Part shown: piece by piece, positions 1 through 12,640 of the stretch
How positions within the stretch are numbered: position 1 is the first letter of the stretch
Layout: every line of letters starts with the position of its first letter
Assembly (NCBI GenBank): GCA_964057225.1
Contig: OZ059894.1
Coordinates: forward strand, 8,060,001 to 8,124,000
Source: Auanema rhodensis
Taxonomy: Eukaryota > Animalia > Nematoda
Length of the DNA stretch: 64,000 nt
Reading direction: 5' to 3'
The notes under the pieces: generated by a model
Database searches by the model: none
The model's input: only the letters and a program-made list of their open reading frames with translations
Told to the model about the DNA's origin: nothing
Position numbers and translations under genes: made by a program

Positions 1-35
1 TTATGATGATTTTACTGTTTAAAATCAGTTGAAAG

Positions 36-3000
36 ATGATAGTAACACTTGAAGAAGAGAAAGTTTACGCAAATACAGATTTTATACTGAATTCTATTCA
101 TGTTTTTCAAAGTTATTTTTCTGAAAAAAGGTTGAAATCTTTGTTATGTGGCATTTCAAGAGTATGAGCATCTTCATTTGAATTTCAGTCTGCTGATCAA
201 AGCGAGCTTCAAACACCCATAACAAATCGTCGCTCAACTATCGAAATATATAGCAATTCCAACAGTATGAGTCCTGCTCATGATGATGTTTGGAGCTCTT
301 CCAGATGTTCAAGGTACAGCATTGCGATCATTTTTTACTTTAATGAAGCTTACTTTCAAACATTTGGTTTTCAAAAGTATTTCTGACATATGACGTATTT
401 GCAGAGACGGATGGTCTCCAGTACAAATTGCACCACGTGATGTCTGGAGTCCAGCTCAACGAAGCAGTCAGAACTCCGGCTATAGGTGAGAATTCCGAAG
501 AGTTTGCTCATTTGCCAAACTTCATTCGCAATAAAGGCTTCCTCTGCTTTTTCTTTCATTTTCTTTTTTTATATAATATTATATATATTTATATAAATAT
601 ACATAAATAAATCAAAATTTCAGAATTAGTCCGGGGTCTCGGAATACCTCAGCACGTTCCCGGCTAAGCATGTCGTCACTTCAAAGTCCACTCAGCTTTT
701 TACCCACACGGGAATGCTCACCGAGATCGGTTAGTTTATCTTTTCTATCTATTAGTTATTTTTCGAGGTCTTATGAGAATACACACACGTCACTTTTCCA
801 TCATTCAGGCTCCAAGTCCTTCACTTGTTCCACTTCGCAACGGAATTACTTCATGTCATGACATACATCATACTGGATCTGCTGAAAGTCATAGTCCTCT
901 GAGCCATACCGGCTCAACACCTGAACCTCTCCCCATGCCTGAAAATTTAAGGAAACCTCCTCCACCTAATGTTCCAATTCCCAAAAGACGTTCATTACCC
1001 GGACGGTATGATGACTCCCCCAACCTACTATTCCAATCTTATGATTTTAGATGGATCAAGGAAACTGATGTTGATGATCCCTGTTCACTTCCCATGACAC
1101 CACTAAGTTCTCCTTCAATTGCCGCTTATTCTCAGGAAGATGTAACATGATCTTTGTACTGAATTTATATTCTAAGCAATGCATACAGATTGACAGTCGG
1201 AACAGCCATAATATGATGAAGTCGTGCAGTCCTGAAGAAAACCAGCCAATCGGAAAACCAAAGTTAAACGTGAGTTCTCACTTCAACTTATTCTTCTTCT
1301 TCGCTTGAACTTTGGTCTGACGCAGTCGCATTTCACATGTATTCAAACTAGACAAAGTTTAATTTTGTGAAATTTCAGGGTCGTTATTCCGGAAGTTGCC
1401 GACGTGTGTTATCCGGATTAGATAATAATAATCAATCTGGTCCTAACGGTGTTTATGTGAGAAGGTTAGTCTAATACTAATTATTATCATTAGTATTATT
1501 AATTTTAATTTTTTTTCTAATTTTGTGTTCCTTTAATTAGAAGCCGATCCAAAGATGATAGACCTCTTACAACATACAATGCCGTTGCAGCTAAATCCTA
1601 TAGCGGATCAGGTAAGCATTATCAATATTTTAAATAATTATCTTTATTTCTTTCTACTGTATACTAACTTTATGATTTATAGCTAACTCAATTTCTCGTG
1701 GAACTCTTCATAACATTCCTGTTTTTATGTCAGCTGAAAGCGTCAGCAGTCCCCAACGAAGTCCTACTCCTCCTAAAAAGGAAAAGGAATACGATCATTA
1801 TAAGCATTTCCAACAAGTAAATATCATTGTAAGTAATATTTAAAGTTTTTATATTGTTTAGATATCAATCAATCATGTACAAACATTGTCAATGGTTGCT
1901 GATCGTTTAGCAGATGATTTGAGGTAATTCTGAATACTTTTATAGACAAAGAAGTCATAATTCCATTTAAAATTTTAATATTTCTTTAATATCAGATATA
2001 CATTATATTAAAACTTTTCAATTATAGAAGAGGAGAAGAGCCAGTTTCTCGTAATCGTCTTTTATCTCTGGATTTTTCAAACTTTGTTGTTTCGCCACAG
2101 CCTGTGCTTACGAAAGGCAAAAGCCTGTTCTATAATGCTGTTCTGCCTCGACAAGGTCTCGTAGATTATCCTGTAACTTTGATGGTATAGAGAAGCATTC
2201 TGAACACAATTCATTATTCTTGTTATAGATTGCTCCATGCTCTCAGTATGCTCCTCTGATGCGACGTGGTGACTCTCAGATATTTGGAGTGCCCGGCTTC
2301 CTTGAGATGGAAGATCATGATGGTAGTATTCGTCGGTTTTTAGAAAATACTGGAACTCATAACTTGGATGGAAGACGTGTTAAAGTATGTTCTGGGATTT
2401 CAATATAGTCTCAGATATAAGTTTCTTAGGTAATTGCTATGCCTCGCCAAAATCTCTGTTCATTCCATTCTTTGGCAGCTCACCATCTTAATGAGGTTTG
2501 GAATATTAGCACTGTTCTTTTAACTATTATTTCTTCATTCAGAGAATGGATCGAACTTCTCACGAAGAATTAGTATGCTTCATACTTCTTCAATTGATGG
2601 CAGCTCTAAAGATGCTTCAAAGTGAAGGAATTGAAGCCTTGAGCGCCAACTTCAAGGTATATCTTGCAGCATAGTATATGTTCCTGCATACTGTATATTT
2701 CAGGAATTCTTATTGGCATATCGTTTCTCAGCTATGGATTCACAAACCCAAATGCGTGATTTTCCCCGATTAATATTCTTATCTGTATGATTATTCATTT
2801 AAATTTATGATAAATAATATAATTATTTTAAGGAAACCTTAGGAGCTGAAGTTGAAACTGGATCAGATGAGTTAGTAGGATTATGTAGATATGCTCTAAG
2901 AGCGTTATGTACTCTTTTGCATCATCGTATGGACGGTCGGGCACCTCCTATTAAATTTAGGTAAATCTAAATATTTCTTCAATAAACATAAATTGAATTC

Positions 3001-3448
3001 TTCAACAATGTTTTTTATTTAGATCCCGTTATAGTAGAGCACTTCAAGCTTGTGCTAACCTTCTAGCTGAGGATAAATCAAGCAGCTTAACAAAGGTTTT
3101 AGTTTAAGTAGTTTGATTTAAACATCAATCATGTTATTAGGCAAAGAATGTGCTTGAATTAGCTCTATGGTGGAATGGAGACTCTCCTCGAAATGAAATT
3201 GAATGTCGGCGTAGCATAGATACTACTCGGGCCGAATATGTTGATCTTTTGGTAAGTCTGAACTATCCGTTCATTTTCCATGGGAAATTATTTTTCAATT
3301 CCAATTATTACAGCTTCGTCAGTTGATCTGTGAACCAGGGTGTCGAATGGGACCAAAAGAAAGATTACGTGTTGAATTTTTGCTCACAGCTACTCCACGC
3401 TCCTTACTTGATAGTCAAAACGCTATTTTAAGTGCTCGAGTTTCATAA
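36..3448 (+). CDS. PEAK1/pragmin-like pseudokinase scaffold (multi-exon; 5' end uncertain, may extend beyond window)
   Basis: Spliced translation gives a low-complexity N-terminus with YxN and PxxP motifs (PPPNVPIPKR, SPTPPKKE), a helix (ISINHVQTLSMVADRLADDL), then a degenerate kinase-like region (HEELVCFILLQLMAALKMLQSEG...FPRLIF...SRYSRALQACANLL...AKNVLELALW...RLRVEFLL). No HRD or DFG is visible. Stop TAA 3446-3448. Confidence 0.6.
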
Positions 3449-4143
3449 CTATGAAGAATCTTTATTTTGTTTTTGAAACTCTTAACTTCTATTGACCTTC
3501 TTCCAAATTCCTGAATTTCCCATATACTCATGTGCTGATTTCCCTCCCAGCTGTTGAATACTTAGGAAATTTTTAATATCACCCTTTCCATATCCTGATA
3601 TAGAATTATATTTTATTAATTTTTAAATACTATATCAGGTGTATATAAGTGATTTTCAGTTTTTTTTTTAAACAAGATTTCAAACTGATAGGAATCACTG
3701 ACTTGGTATTCAGCAGCTATTTCCCCATCTTCATGTTAAATGGAAATCATAACCTTCGATGATATATAATATATATCTGTTTGAAAAATTGGATCTTCCC
3801 ACAAACTCTGTTCAATACATACAAGAGAAATAAAAGAAACTGCAAAATTACGATTTGAACTTTGATCCAATTTGCCTGAACTTCGCTCAGTCATAACTTG
3901 TCTGTTTTTAACTTAAAAAAAATGTATAATGAAATAAATGATATTTTATTGAAATCTGTAAATACATATATACGAAGAAAAAAAACTTGATTACTACTAC
4001 TACTTGCACAATGGGGTTGTCCAAAATACATAAGCATATCAAAAGTAGTAATCATACATCAAAATTAAGATACACATGAGAAATCAAATAGGTATAATTC
4101 GAGCGACATAATATATTCTATTTATAATTTTGCCGATAACTTA

Positions 4144-6193
4144 CTATATCTCATCTTGATATTCATTTCCTTCAAAAAAAAATTTTTTTCATAAGAAAAA
4201 TAATCTCAAAAGCAGTGCTTCCTACTTGTTGCATTGATAGTAATAGTGCTTGTTCTTCGAGAACATCTGCATTTTGAAAAAACTTTTCTCAAAACTCTTA
4301 AAAATGCTGTTGCAATTGCTCCAAAAAAGCTCGGCTTTTTGAATTCTTGTATCGAGCCTGCATGTGAACGTCTACTAGAACATCCAGGTGTGGATGGTCG
4401 GCTGTAAGTAACTGAAAGAGAGAGAAATATGAAGGTTAAAAATATTGTTAATCACTAACCATGCTTTCCAGACGTTGAAGATGGAGTACGACTTGAACTT
4501 GTTGATTTCATGATTGTTTTGAGATTAGCAGGTGAAGCCGAAGATGCGTAATTCGAAGGAACTAAAATAATTTCGTGTTAAAACTTATATGAATTGAAAT
4601 ATAAGCAAACCTTCAAGGTGACATTGGGAAGATTTTCTGTTATTATTCAAAGAAGAAGAGACGGGAATTATTTTACTTTTGCCCATTTCTTGGTTTTGTT
4701 CCTTCAATTGAATATGGCTAGACTGTTGTTGTTGGTTAGAAGTCGGGATTTGTTTTAATGGTCGACGTTGGCTGGAAGGTGCACGATCTCTAGAAGATTG
4801 AAGGGTAGACGATTGAAGAGAGCTAGATGGTTTCTGTTGATCACAAGGGTGAACTTTGTTAGAAAGATGCTGATTCAAAGGTTTGTTTTGGTTAGGAGAC
4901 TGATTCTGGATGGAAGTGTGAAGCTCGTGCGAAGGTCGATATTGGTTCGGAGGACGATGTTCCGACTGTGGATTTGTAGATACTATCAAAAAAAAAAGTT
5001 CTTGAATCAAATTTAAAAGTACCAGATGAATTAATTTGAGTTAATGAAGATGATTTGGAAGAATCTAATCGTTGTTTTACTTTATTGGCTAAACAGTTTC
5101 CGATAAATAAAAAATAAAAAAGAATAAATTTTACCAGAATGTAATATAGCACTATGACTTCGTATATGAGCCGGGCTATTTGATCTAGATAACGAACGAT
5201 TTTTTTCTGAACAATATTTTTTTCTTAAATAAGAAATGACATGAAAATATAAATAGAAAGATGTTTAGAAGATAATGAAGCGAAACCTTGGCTACGATCA
5301 CGACGGCGAGGAGCCAGACTGGTGCTTGATATAGTTAATCTTGCTAAGATATCAGCCTGAGAAATGAAACTAGACCTCAAAAATTTCGTTTATATACGTA
5401 CTGCCTCATTTCCAGGATCAGGGTAATTTTGATCGTGCGAATAAACATGCTGAAACTCAACATCGTTCCGAAATTTCTCGCATAACTTTCTTATGTCGTT
5501 GACATCCCTCTGAAATTTTCTCAAATGGGAGAAAAATTAAATAATGATTCTAAACACGTCATACTTTACATATCCACTATCAAGAGCTTGAATTAATGGC
5601 AAACAATCAGTTCGAATTACAATGTTCTTTTTACTGAAGTACAAGAGATGCAAATTTTTAAATTACAAAGATCTGATATGAAACTGATAATATACCTTAG
5701 GTCTTCATTTCCTAATATATCATTCAAAGCAGTCTTAACAGCAATAATCTCTGCATAATAACTGTCTTGAATATTACCCAATATTTTTTCTGATCTGAAG
5801 TAAGAAATAACTAATGAAGACACTTGTTGTTTCAAAAAATACTTATTCAATGGATGACTAGGACCATGATAGATTCCAAACCCTGAGCCTGTGTACTTCT
5901 TAAAAGATCCGTCAGTATATACCTGAAAGCATCTATTACACATTTTCAATAAAAATTTTTTTACATAATGCTTATTAGGTTCAAAACGTCTATTCCATTC
6001 AGTTGATTGGTTTGTGCTTTCTCTCAACTCTCGAAAGTCATCATTCTGACTTCTGAGGTAATTATCCAAATTTGTATTATTATTCTATAAATATTGTTCT
6101 ACTAAACTTAACAAATAAAAATATATTTACGTGTGTATTTCCTCGATATAAATCACGATTTCTAAACTGACTTCTTCTATGAGAATAGCCCAT
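4144..6193 (-). CDS. Ribonuclease H1-family protein with long Ser/Pro/Arg-rich C-terminal tail (start uncertain)
   Basis: Spliced motifs VYTDGS, GFGIYHGPSHPLN, SYYAEIIAV, IVIRTDC, FQHVYSH and PGNEAADILAR supply all four acidic catalytic residues of RNase H. Intron-containing, so a host gene rather than a retroelement domain. Confidence 0.8.
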
Positions 6194-7332
6194 TACAGTA
6201 CTTTGGGTCTGTATGAATATATTTAATTTAGATTTAAGTTAATTTCATACATCTTCTGTACCGCCATGGTTTTCTTCCTGATTTTTACTATTATTTTCGG
6301 TCTTATCTCGCTAAAAACGTAATAAAAGCAAACAAGTTTAGAAACTAAAAAGACATTAAATATATAACAATATACTATTTTGTTGAGATATAAAAAAAAC
6401 AAAATAGTAACCTGCATATCGAGAATTGAATATATAATTTGTAAACCTAAAAAATTTTGATTCAAACATTTAATCGAGCTTTTTAAATTTCAGTTGTCAT
6501 AGTAACTGAGATATTCTATAATTTATCTTGTTATTAGTCATACTTGTATTATGCCGGAATTTTCGCTGAATCACCAAATTGACAGGGCTTCGAACAGCCG
6601 ATGTCACCAATAAAATTTTTAAAAATGACAAGCTATAAGTTCGAGAAAAGTTGGAAACGTTTTAACGTGACATTTTAATAGTAATAGGAATGAACTTTAT
6701 GTTATGATTTCAATTAATTTCAACTAATTTGAATACGTGAATATCTAATCAATCCTACGTGAAATGACTTAGTATTTGGTAGCAAATGAAGAATAAACGC
6801 TAATATTAATTTATTGGTATTTTATTGAAATTTTTTTTAATTCATAAATTAACTAGTTTTATCTTATTTTATACTAATTGTTTTGATAAATATTTGATTG
6901 AATCAGATGTCGCCATGTAGTGTACTAATCCGTGGGGTAACATTTCGAACTGGAATACTTGGCTAGACCGCCTGCATAAAAGCTTACTATGCCCTTTTGC
7001 CCTTACCAGGCCTATGTTATAAAATTAATATATTATCTACTGTTACATTGATCGAATTTTAATTATCAGTAGTTGCATGTATTTCACTATCTCTTTTTTT
7101 GAAACTATCATGAAAATATGAAACGTAACCTTATTTGAAATCAGATTACAAAGCATCTAATTCGTTTCCTAATTTTAACTTTGTAATCGCACTTTATAAG
7201 TTATGTTGATACACAATTGTTTTTATGCTTAGTGTGCGTTTTTTTTGTTGATATCATTTTTATTTATTATACTTGGCTACCCTTTTGTGCTGCTATAGTT
7301 TGTCTTTACAGTCTTTAGATTGTGTTAATATA

Positions 7333-9165
7333 ATGGAAGTTAATAATGTAGGAATCAGTGGTATTCAAATTTATTTTCCTAAAAATGTGATTCGACAAAC
7401 GGATTTTGAAAAGGTGTGTGAATTTATACATTGTTATTTTACTTTACGGTTTCTTTAGCATTGCAATGTCTCTGCTGGAAAATATACGATTGGCCTTGGC
7501 CAACAGGAAATGGGATTTTGCTCTGATAATGAGGATATAGTGTCCATTTCTTTAACAGTAACTGATAAACTTCTACGGGACTATAATGTTAATTTTTTCA
7601 CAAGTTTTTTTTACGAATTGCTTCCTTGTTTAGATTGACACCAATTCCATTGGCTTTTTAGCCGTGGGGACGGAAACTCTTATCGATAAAAGCAAAAGTG
7701 TCAAAACAGAACTTATGCGGTTGTTCCCAAATAACACGGACATTGAGGTTTATACTTTGCGTATTAATTTTATTCAAGTTTAATTCTCAGGGAGTCGATG
7801 TAAAAAATGCTTGTTACGGTGGTACTCAAGCCGTTTTTCATGCTGTAGACTGGATTTATGCCAACTATGGCACAGAAAAAAGAAATGCCATTGCTGTTTT
7901 ATCAGATATTGCTGTATACGAGGAAGGATCTGCTAGATGCACTGGAGGTACGTGAAGTCAAACATTTTAATCAAATATATTTTCTGTGCAGGAGTTGGAG
8001 CCATTGCTGTTCTCATAACACCTGATGCTCCTATTGTTTTTGAGCGAGGTTTAAGAGGAATACATATGGCTTATAACTGGGACTTTTACAAGCCTATCTG
8101 TAATCTGGTTTTATACATTATTCCTTACTTTTCTTATTGGTACAGGCAAAAAAGTTTCGGAGTATCCCTTAGTTGATGGACACAATAGTTTGAAATGTTA
8201 TATGGATGCATTAGACAAGAGTTATAATTCCTATAAAAATAAAGCGAAAGCTATTACAGGGGAAGGTATGTTAAAGTTTGTTATCTTTTTTATAATTAGT
8301 TTTTGTCAAGAGCGATCAGTGCACTCATTTGATGCCTTAATGTTTCACTCACCTTTTGTGAAAATGGTGCAAAAAGCAGTCGGTCGGCTAGCTTATTCTG
8401 ATTACCTCTCAGGTACCTATAATGTTCCTGAATATGAAGAACTCAAGTTAGTTTTGATTCACTTATTAAATTATCAAATATTTTGAAGAACACTTCCTTC
8501 AAACTCTCCTGATGATCCTAGCTTCATAAAAGTTTTATTAAAAGCCGCGAACTCTTTATGGAATGAGAAAACAGAACCAAATATAGAATTTAATAGGTGG
8601 TTTCGTAGAACAATATTATTTATTCCGATTATGACGTTTCAGAAGAATTGGAAATATGTACACCTCTTCCCTTTTTGCCCAGCTAGTCAGTTACATATCT
8701 AAAAGGTAAAAGCTTGTTGATTTATAGATATTTATTGTTTCATTTTGTTTAGAAATATATCATCTAATAGTCGAATTTTATTTTTTGCTTACGGAAGTGG
8801 CTCAGCTTCTGCTACCTTTTCCGCTATTGTAAAACCAGATCACGAAAAACTATCCAAGATGCAAGAAGTATGCCTTCGCTCCGTTAAACGGATGGATAAT
8901 CGTGAAGTTCACTCATGCTCATCCTATTATGATGCATTGAATGCTCGCGAAAAGTTTTTATTAGCAGATGGTGAGTTACTTAGTGGCTTTATAACTAATG
9001 TTATATTAATATATTTCAGTTCCATATATTCCACTATCTATTTCGGATTCCAGGTTTTCTTTCTTTGATAATACATATTACTTGTCGTCAATTGATGAAT
9101 TCTATAGAAGATCTTATTCTCAAATATCGCGCTTAGAAATGAACGGCCATTGTAGAAATACTTAA
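7333..9165 (+). CDS. hmgs-1: Hydroxymethylglutaryl-CoA synthase
   Basis: [35 protein letters not shown], catalytic [33 protein letters not shown], and C-terminal [15 protein letters not shown]. Confidence 0.97.
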
Positions 9166-9423
9166 AGAGTTTTTATTTTTGTTGATTCTGTTATTTTGTT
9201 AACTAACATTGTTTCTAGATTTTATTATTACTTCTAATATTATTATTACAATCATTGTTTTTTTCAAAGGATAGTTTATAGTAATTTTATACAAATTTTT
9301 ACTCAAGGTTGAGTATAAAATATATTTCTAATCAAATGTTCCAAGTTTATATACAAGATTCAAGTTCTTAGCATATCTATTCGCTTTTTTTATTCAAGCT
9401 GAATTCATCCGGAGTTTTTAGAA

Positions 9424-12400
9424 ATGACATCTAGGTCAAGAAGTAGATCTCTCGAAAGCAGTGCAAGGTATACACCAGCTTAATGTTGATTCACTTTTTA
9501 GCTATTTACAGTAGAAAAAGTGCTTCGTCAAAATCACCCAGTCGTTCTCCTGATAAAAGCAGAGGTCGCACTAGAAGGAAAAAGAGGGATTCTGGATCCA
9601 GAAGGTTTAGTTATGATCTAGTTATGATCTCCAATACTCATTATTTATAGCGTTTCACCTAGTAAGTCTTCGCATGAGACTTTACGAGTGGCATGGAGGG
9701 AGTTGAAGTTAGATGAAAACAATTTCGATGTTTGGATGAATGTTGTTCAGTTAGCAGACCAGCTTGTACGCATTAAAAATGTATTATGCTCTAAATGCTT
9801 TTGTTTCAGAATGAATCTGATATTACTAAAGAAGTTTACGAACGTTTTTTAGCCCGTTATCCGTTTTGTTACGGGTTCTGGAAGAAGTTAGCTGACTTCG
9901 AGAAAAGAAACAACCATATTGAATCTGCGCTTAAAGTGAGTTGGGTTTTCCTATTTTTACATAAGTTTTACGTTTTCCGGTATGGGATCAAAGTGTCACT
10001 GCTATACCATTGTCTATAGACTTATGGCTTGGTTACATCGGATTTGCTCGTGAAGTCTATGGAGCTGTGGGAGATTTTGATACAATTAATTGGTAGGGAA
10101 AATACGCCATTTACTTTTCTAATAGTATTTTTTAAAGTTTGTACAGTCGAGCCTTGACAACAGCCGGTTTGGAGTTCAAGAGTGATAGTTTATGGAATAA
10201 TGCAATTGCTTGGAAAGAATCACGAGGAGATTGGAAAACAGTTTCTGAGATATACGACAAATTGTTAACGATTCCAACTATGATGTATAAAAGTCATTAT
10301 GAAAGGTTTATCATTCGTTCTTGAATGCTTAGTCAGTGATTCTATTCAGATATGAGTCAATTATTAATGCATATGAGCCTGACGTGTTCTTATCAAACGA
10401 AGAATACGAAAAAATTATGAGTAAAACTCGTAAGCATTTGAATTTAGGGGTTAGTTAAAAGTGAAAAAGTTGAAAGCATTCCATTAGCTTAATTCAGAGT
10501 GACGAATGCTACATTAAAGAAGAAGTTCCTGAAACAAATTCTTCAGTTGAATCCCCCGTAGAGGAGACTAAACCCAGTGTTCTCACAGTTCAAAAGGTTC
10601 GAAAAATTCTCTGTTTAGAGATTTTCGAAATCTTTGCATTTTAGCATAAACCAGAAGTTCTTATGTTTTTCCGAAGTGAAATTTTGTCTCGTCGTAGGAA
10701 GCTGCACGAGAAAACAATTGAAAAATATAACGCAAGAGCAGGGTTTGAAGGACAAGTTAGTTTGAAGAGAAATAGAAAGTATTTAGTTTTCTTTTCAGAT
10801 TAAACGGCCGTATTTTCATGTCAAAGCTTTAGAAACTGCTCAATTGAAAAATTGGAAGCAGTATATTCAGTATGAAATGGATCAAGGAGATCGTGAAAGA
10901 GTTTATGTACTTTTCGAACGATGTGTAATTGCCTGTGCATTGTATGATGAAATTTGGCTCATGGTTGGTTATGATGTTGTCATGATTTCTAATGAATTTA
11001 TAGTATTCACGGTGGGCATCTGTGCATAAAGATAGGAAGGAAGCTCGTGCTATAATAAAAAGAGGACTTGTTCATTGCCCTAAAAGCATTCATTTAACTT
11101 TGGCTTTATCCGCATTATATGAGCAAGGAGGTATTTGATTTTGCTGATTTTACCTTCACCTCATTGCTTCAATTTCTTTTTTTGAATTCATAATAGCGTT
11201 TTTGTTATCTGTTCTGTTTTTCACGATCTGTTTTATAGGAAACTTCAAAGATGCTTTGTATGTATTAGATTCCTTTGATAGAAGAAATGATGGGTTTGCA
11301 GCCATTCAAATTCGAAGGTTAGGAGTTCATCGGCGAATGGAACAAGCTGAGAGGTACTATCTTTGATGTTGTACAGAACTACATGTATCTTTTTCAGTAA
11401 ACCTAATTATTCCACTGTAATCAGTAAGTGGGAAACTTTGATTCATTCACCTGATTCAACCCGAAGTCTTAGTAGTTATTATTCCATTAAACTAGCAAGG
11501 TTGAATCATTTTATTCATAAGCATTAATTTTTTTTCGTATTTTAGATTTCATTTGAAGATTCGAAGTGATAGAAAATTGGCTGAAAAGGTTATTAAAAAG
11601 GCTTTAGAACGTGACAGGGTAATAAATTTTTAATTTTTATTCAAATTAAGTATATTTTTAGGATAATATGCAATTACATCTTCAACTCATAGATTTAGCT
11701 TACACTGACCCTGAATTTTCACAGGTCTTATTAAATCGTTTCCCCGTGAAAATATGATTATACTTTTCTTTAGTCTCGTGTCATAGAAGCTTTTGATAAT
11801 GCTCTTCGTGCTAAATTTCCTCCTAATGATAGATTGAGAATAAGCCAAAGAAAGTTAGACTTCTTAGAAGACCTCTGTTATGATGTTGCTGTGTATGATT
11901 TTAAAATTTCTGAATCATTCAAGATTAATTTGTTTTAGTTTACAAGAGCATTATGAAATGCATCACTCATTACTTAAAGAAATCGAAAATCCTGATCTCC
12001 ATACCAGAAAAAGAAAATATGAAAGGACTGATCGACGGTATGTTTTCAATATTTGAAAAAGTATTTGCTATTTTCTTTATTTGTAGCGATGATGAAAGAG
12101 GGGGCCGTGGATATGACCGGTCGTCACATGGGCAACAGTCTTATGGTTACTCTGCACAACAGCAACAACAACAGCAACAACCATATTACATGCCGAACGG
12201 TAGGTACAGCTCATCAAGGCTGCACTAGACAACGCTAGATGTGATAAAGTTATTGTCTTTTGTCTTTTTTCTTCTATTTTAATTGCATGTTTGATTGCTC
12301 AAGTATAACAGCATGTCTTAGCTTTATAAAAAAAACTCACTCTTCTTTGATATTTAATTTTTTTCCGACTTTTATCTGTATTGCTATAGGCTCTATCCCT

Positions 12401-12554
12401 GTTCACCTAACTAAGCATGTATATTCTGCTTTTTTGTGTAGTTATACCTGTGTTAATGAAAATGCTTCTATTGAAAACTCTTAATATTCCAGGGTATGTG
12501 GACCAGTATAATCAGCAGATGGCTGGGGGTAATATGAACTATCAATACTATTAA
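9424..12554 (+). CDS. prp-39: Pre-mRNA processing factor 39 (U1 snRNP HAT-repeat protein) with RS-rich N-terminus and Q/Y-rich C-terminus
   Basis: [60 protein letters not shown] and [17 protein letters not shown] are characteristic PRP39 motifs. Confidence 0.92.
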
Positions 12555-12640
12555 GTTGTTCTTGTTATCGTCACTTCAAATAATGTTATCGATATATCTT
12601 TTCTGATCTGTTTATATGGGGATTTTTACAAATAAATATT

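Noticed and set aside
5617-6069. RNase H domain as a possible retrotransposon remnant
   Set aside because: Interrupted by multiple canonical short introns; no RT, integrase or LTRs nearby.
9609-9630. 11-bp tandem duplication AGTTATGATCT in a prp-39 intron
   Set aside because: Most simply replication slippage; no evidence of an element.
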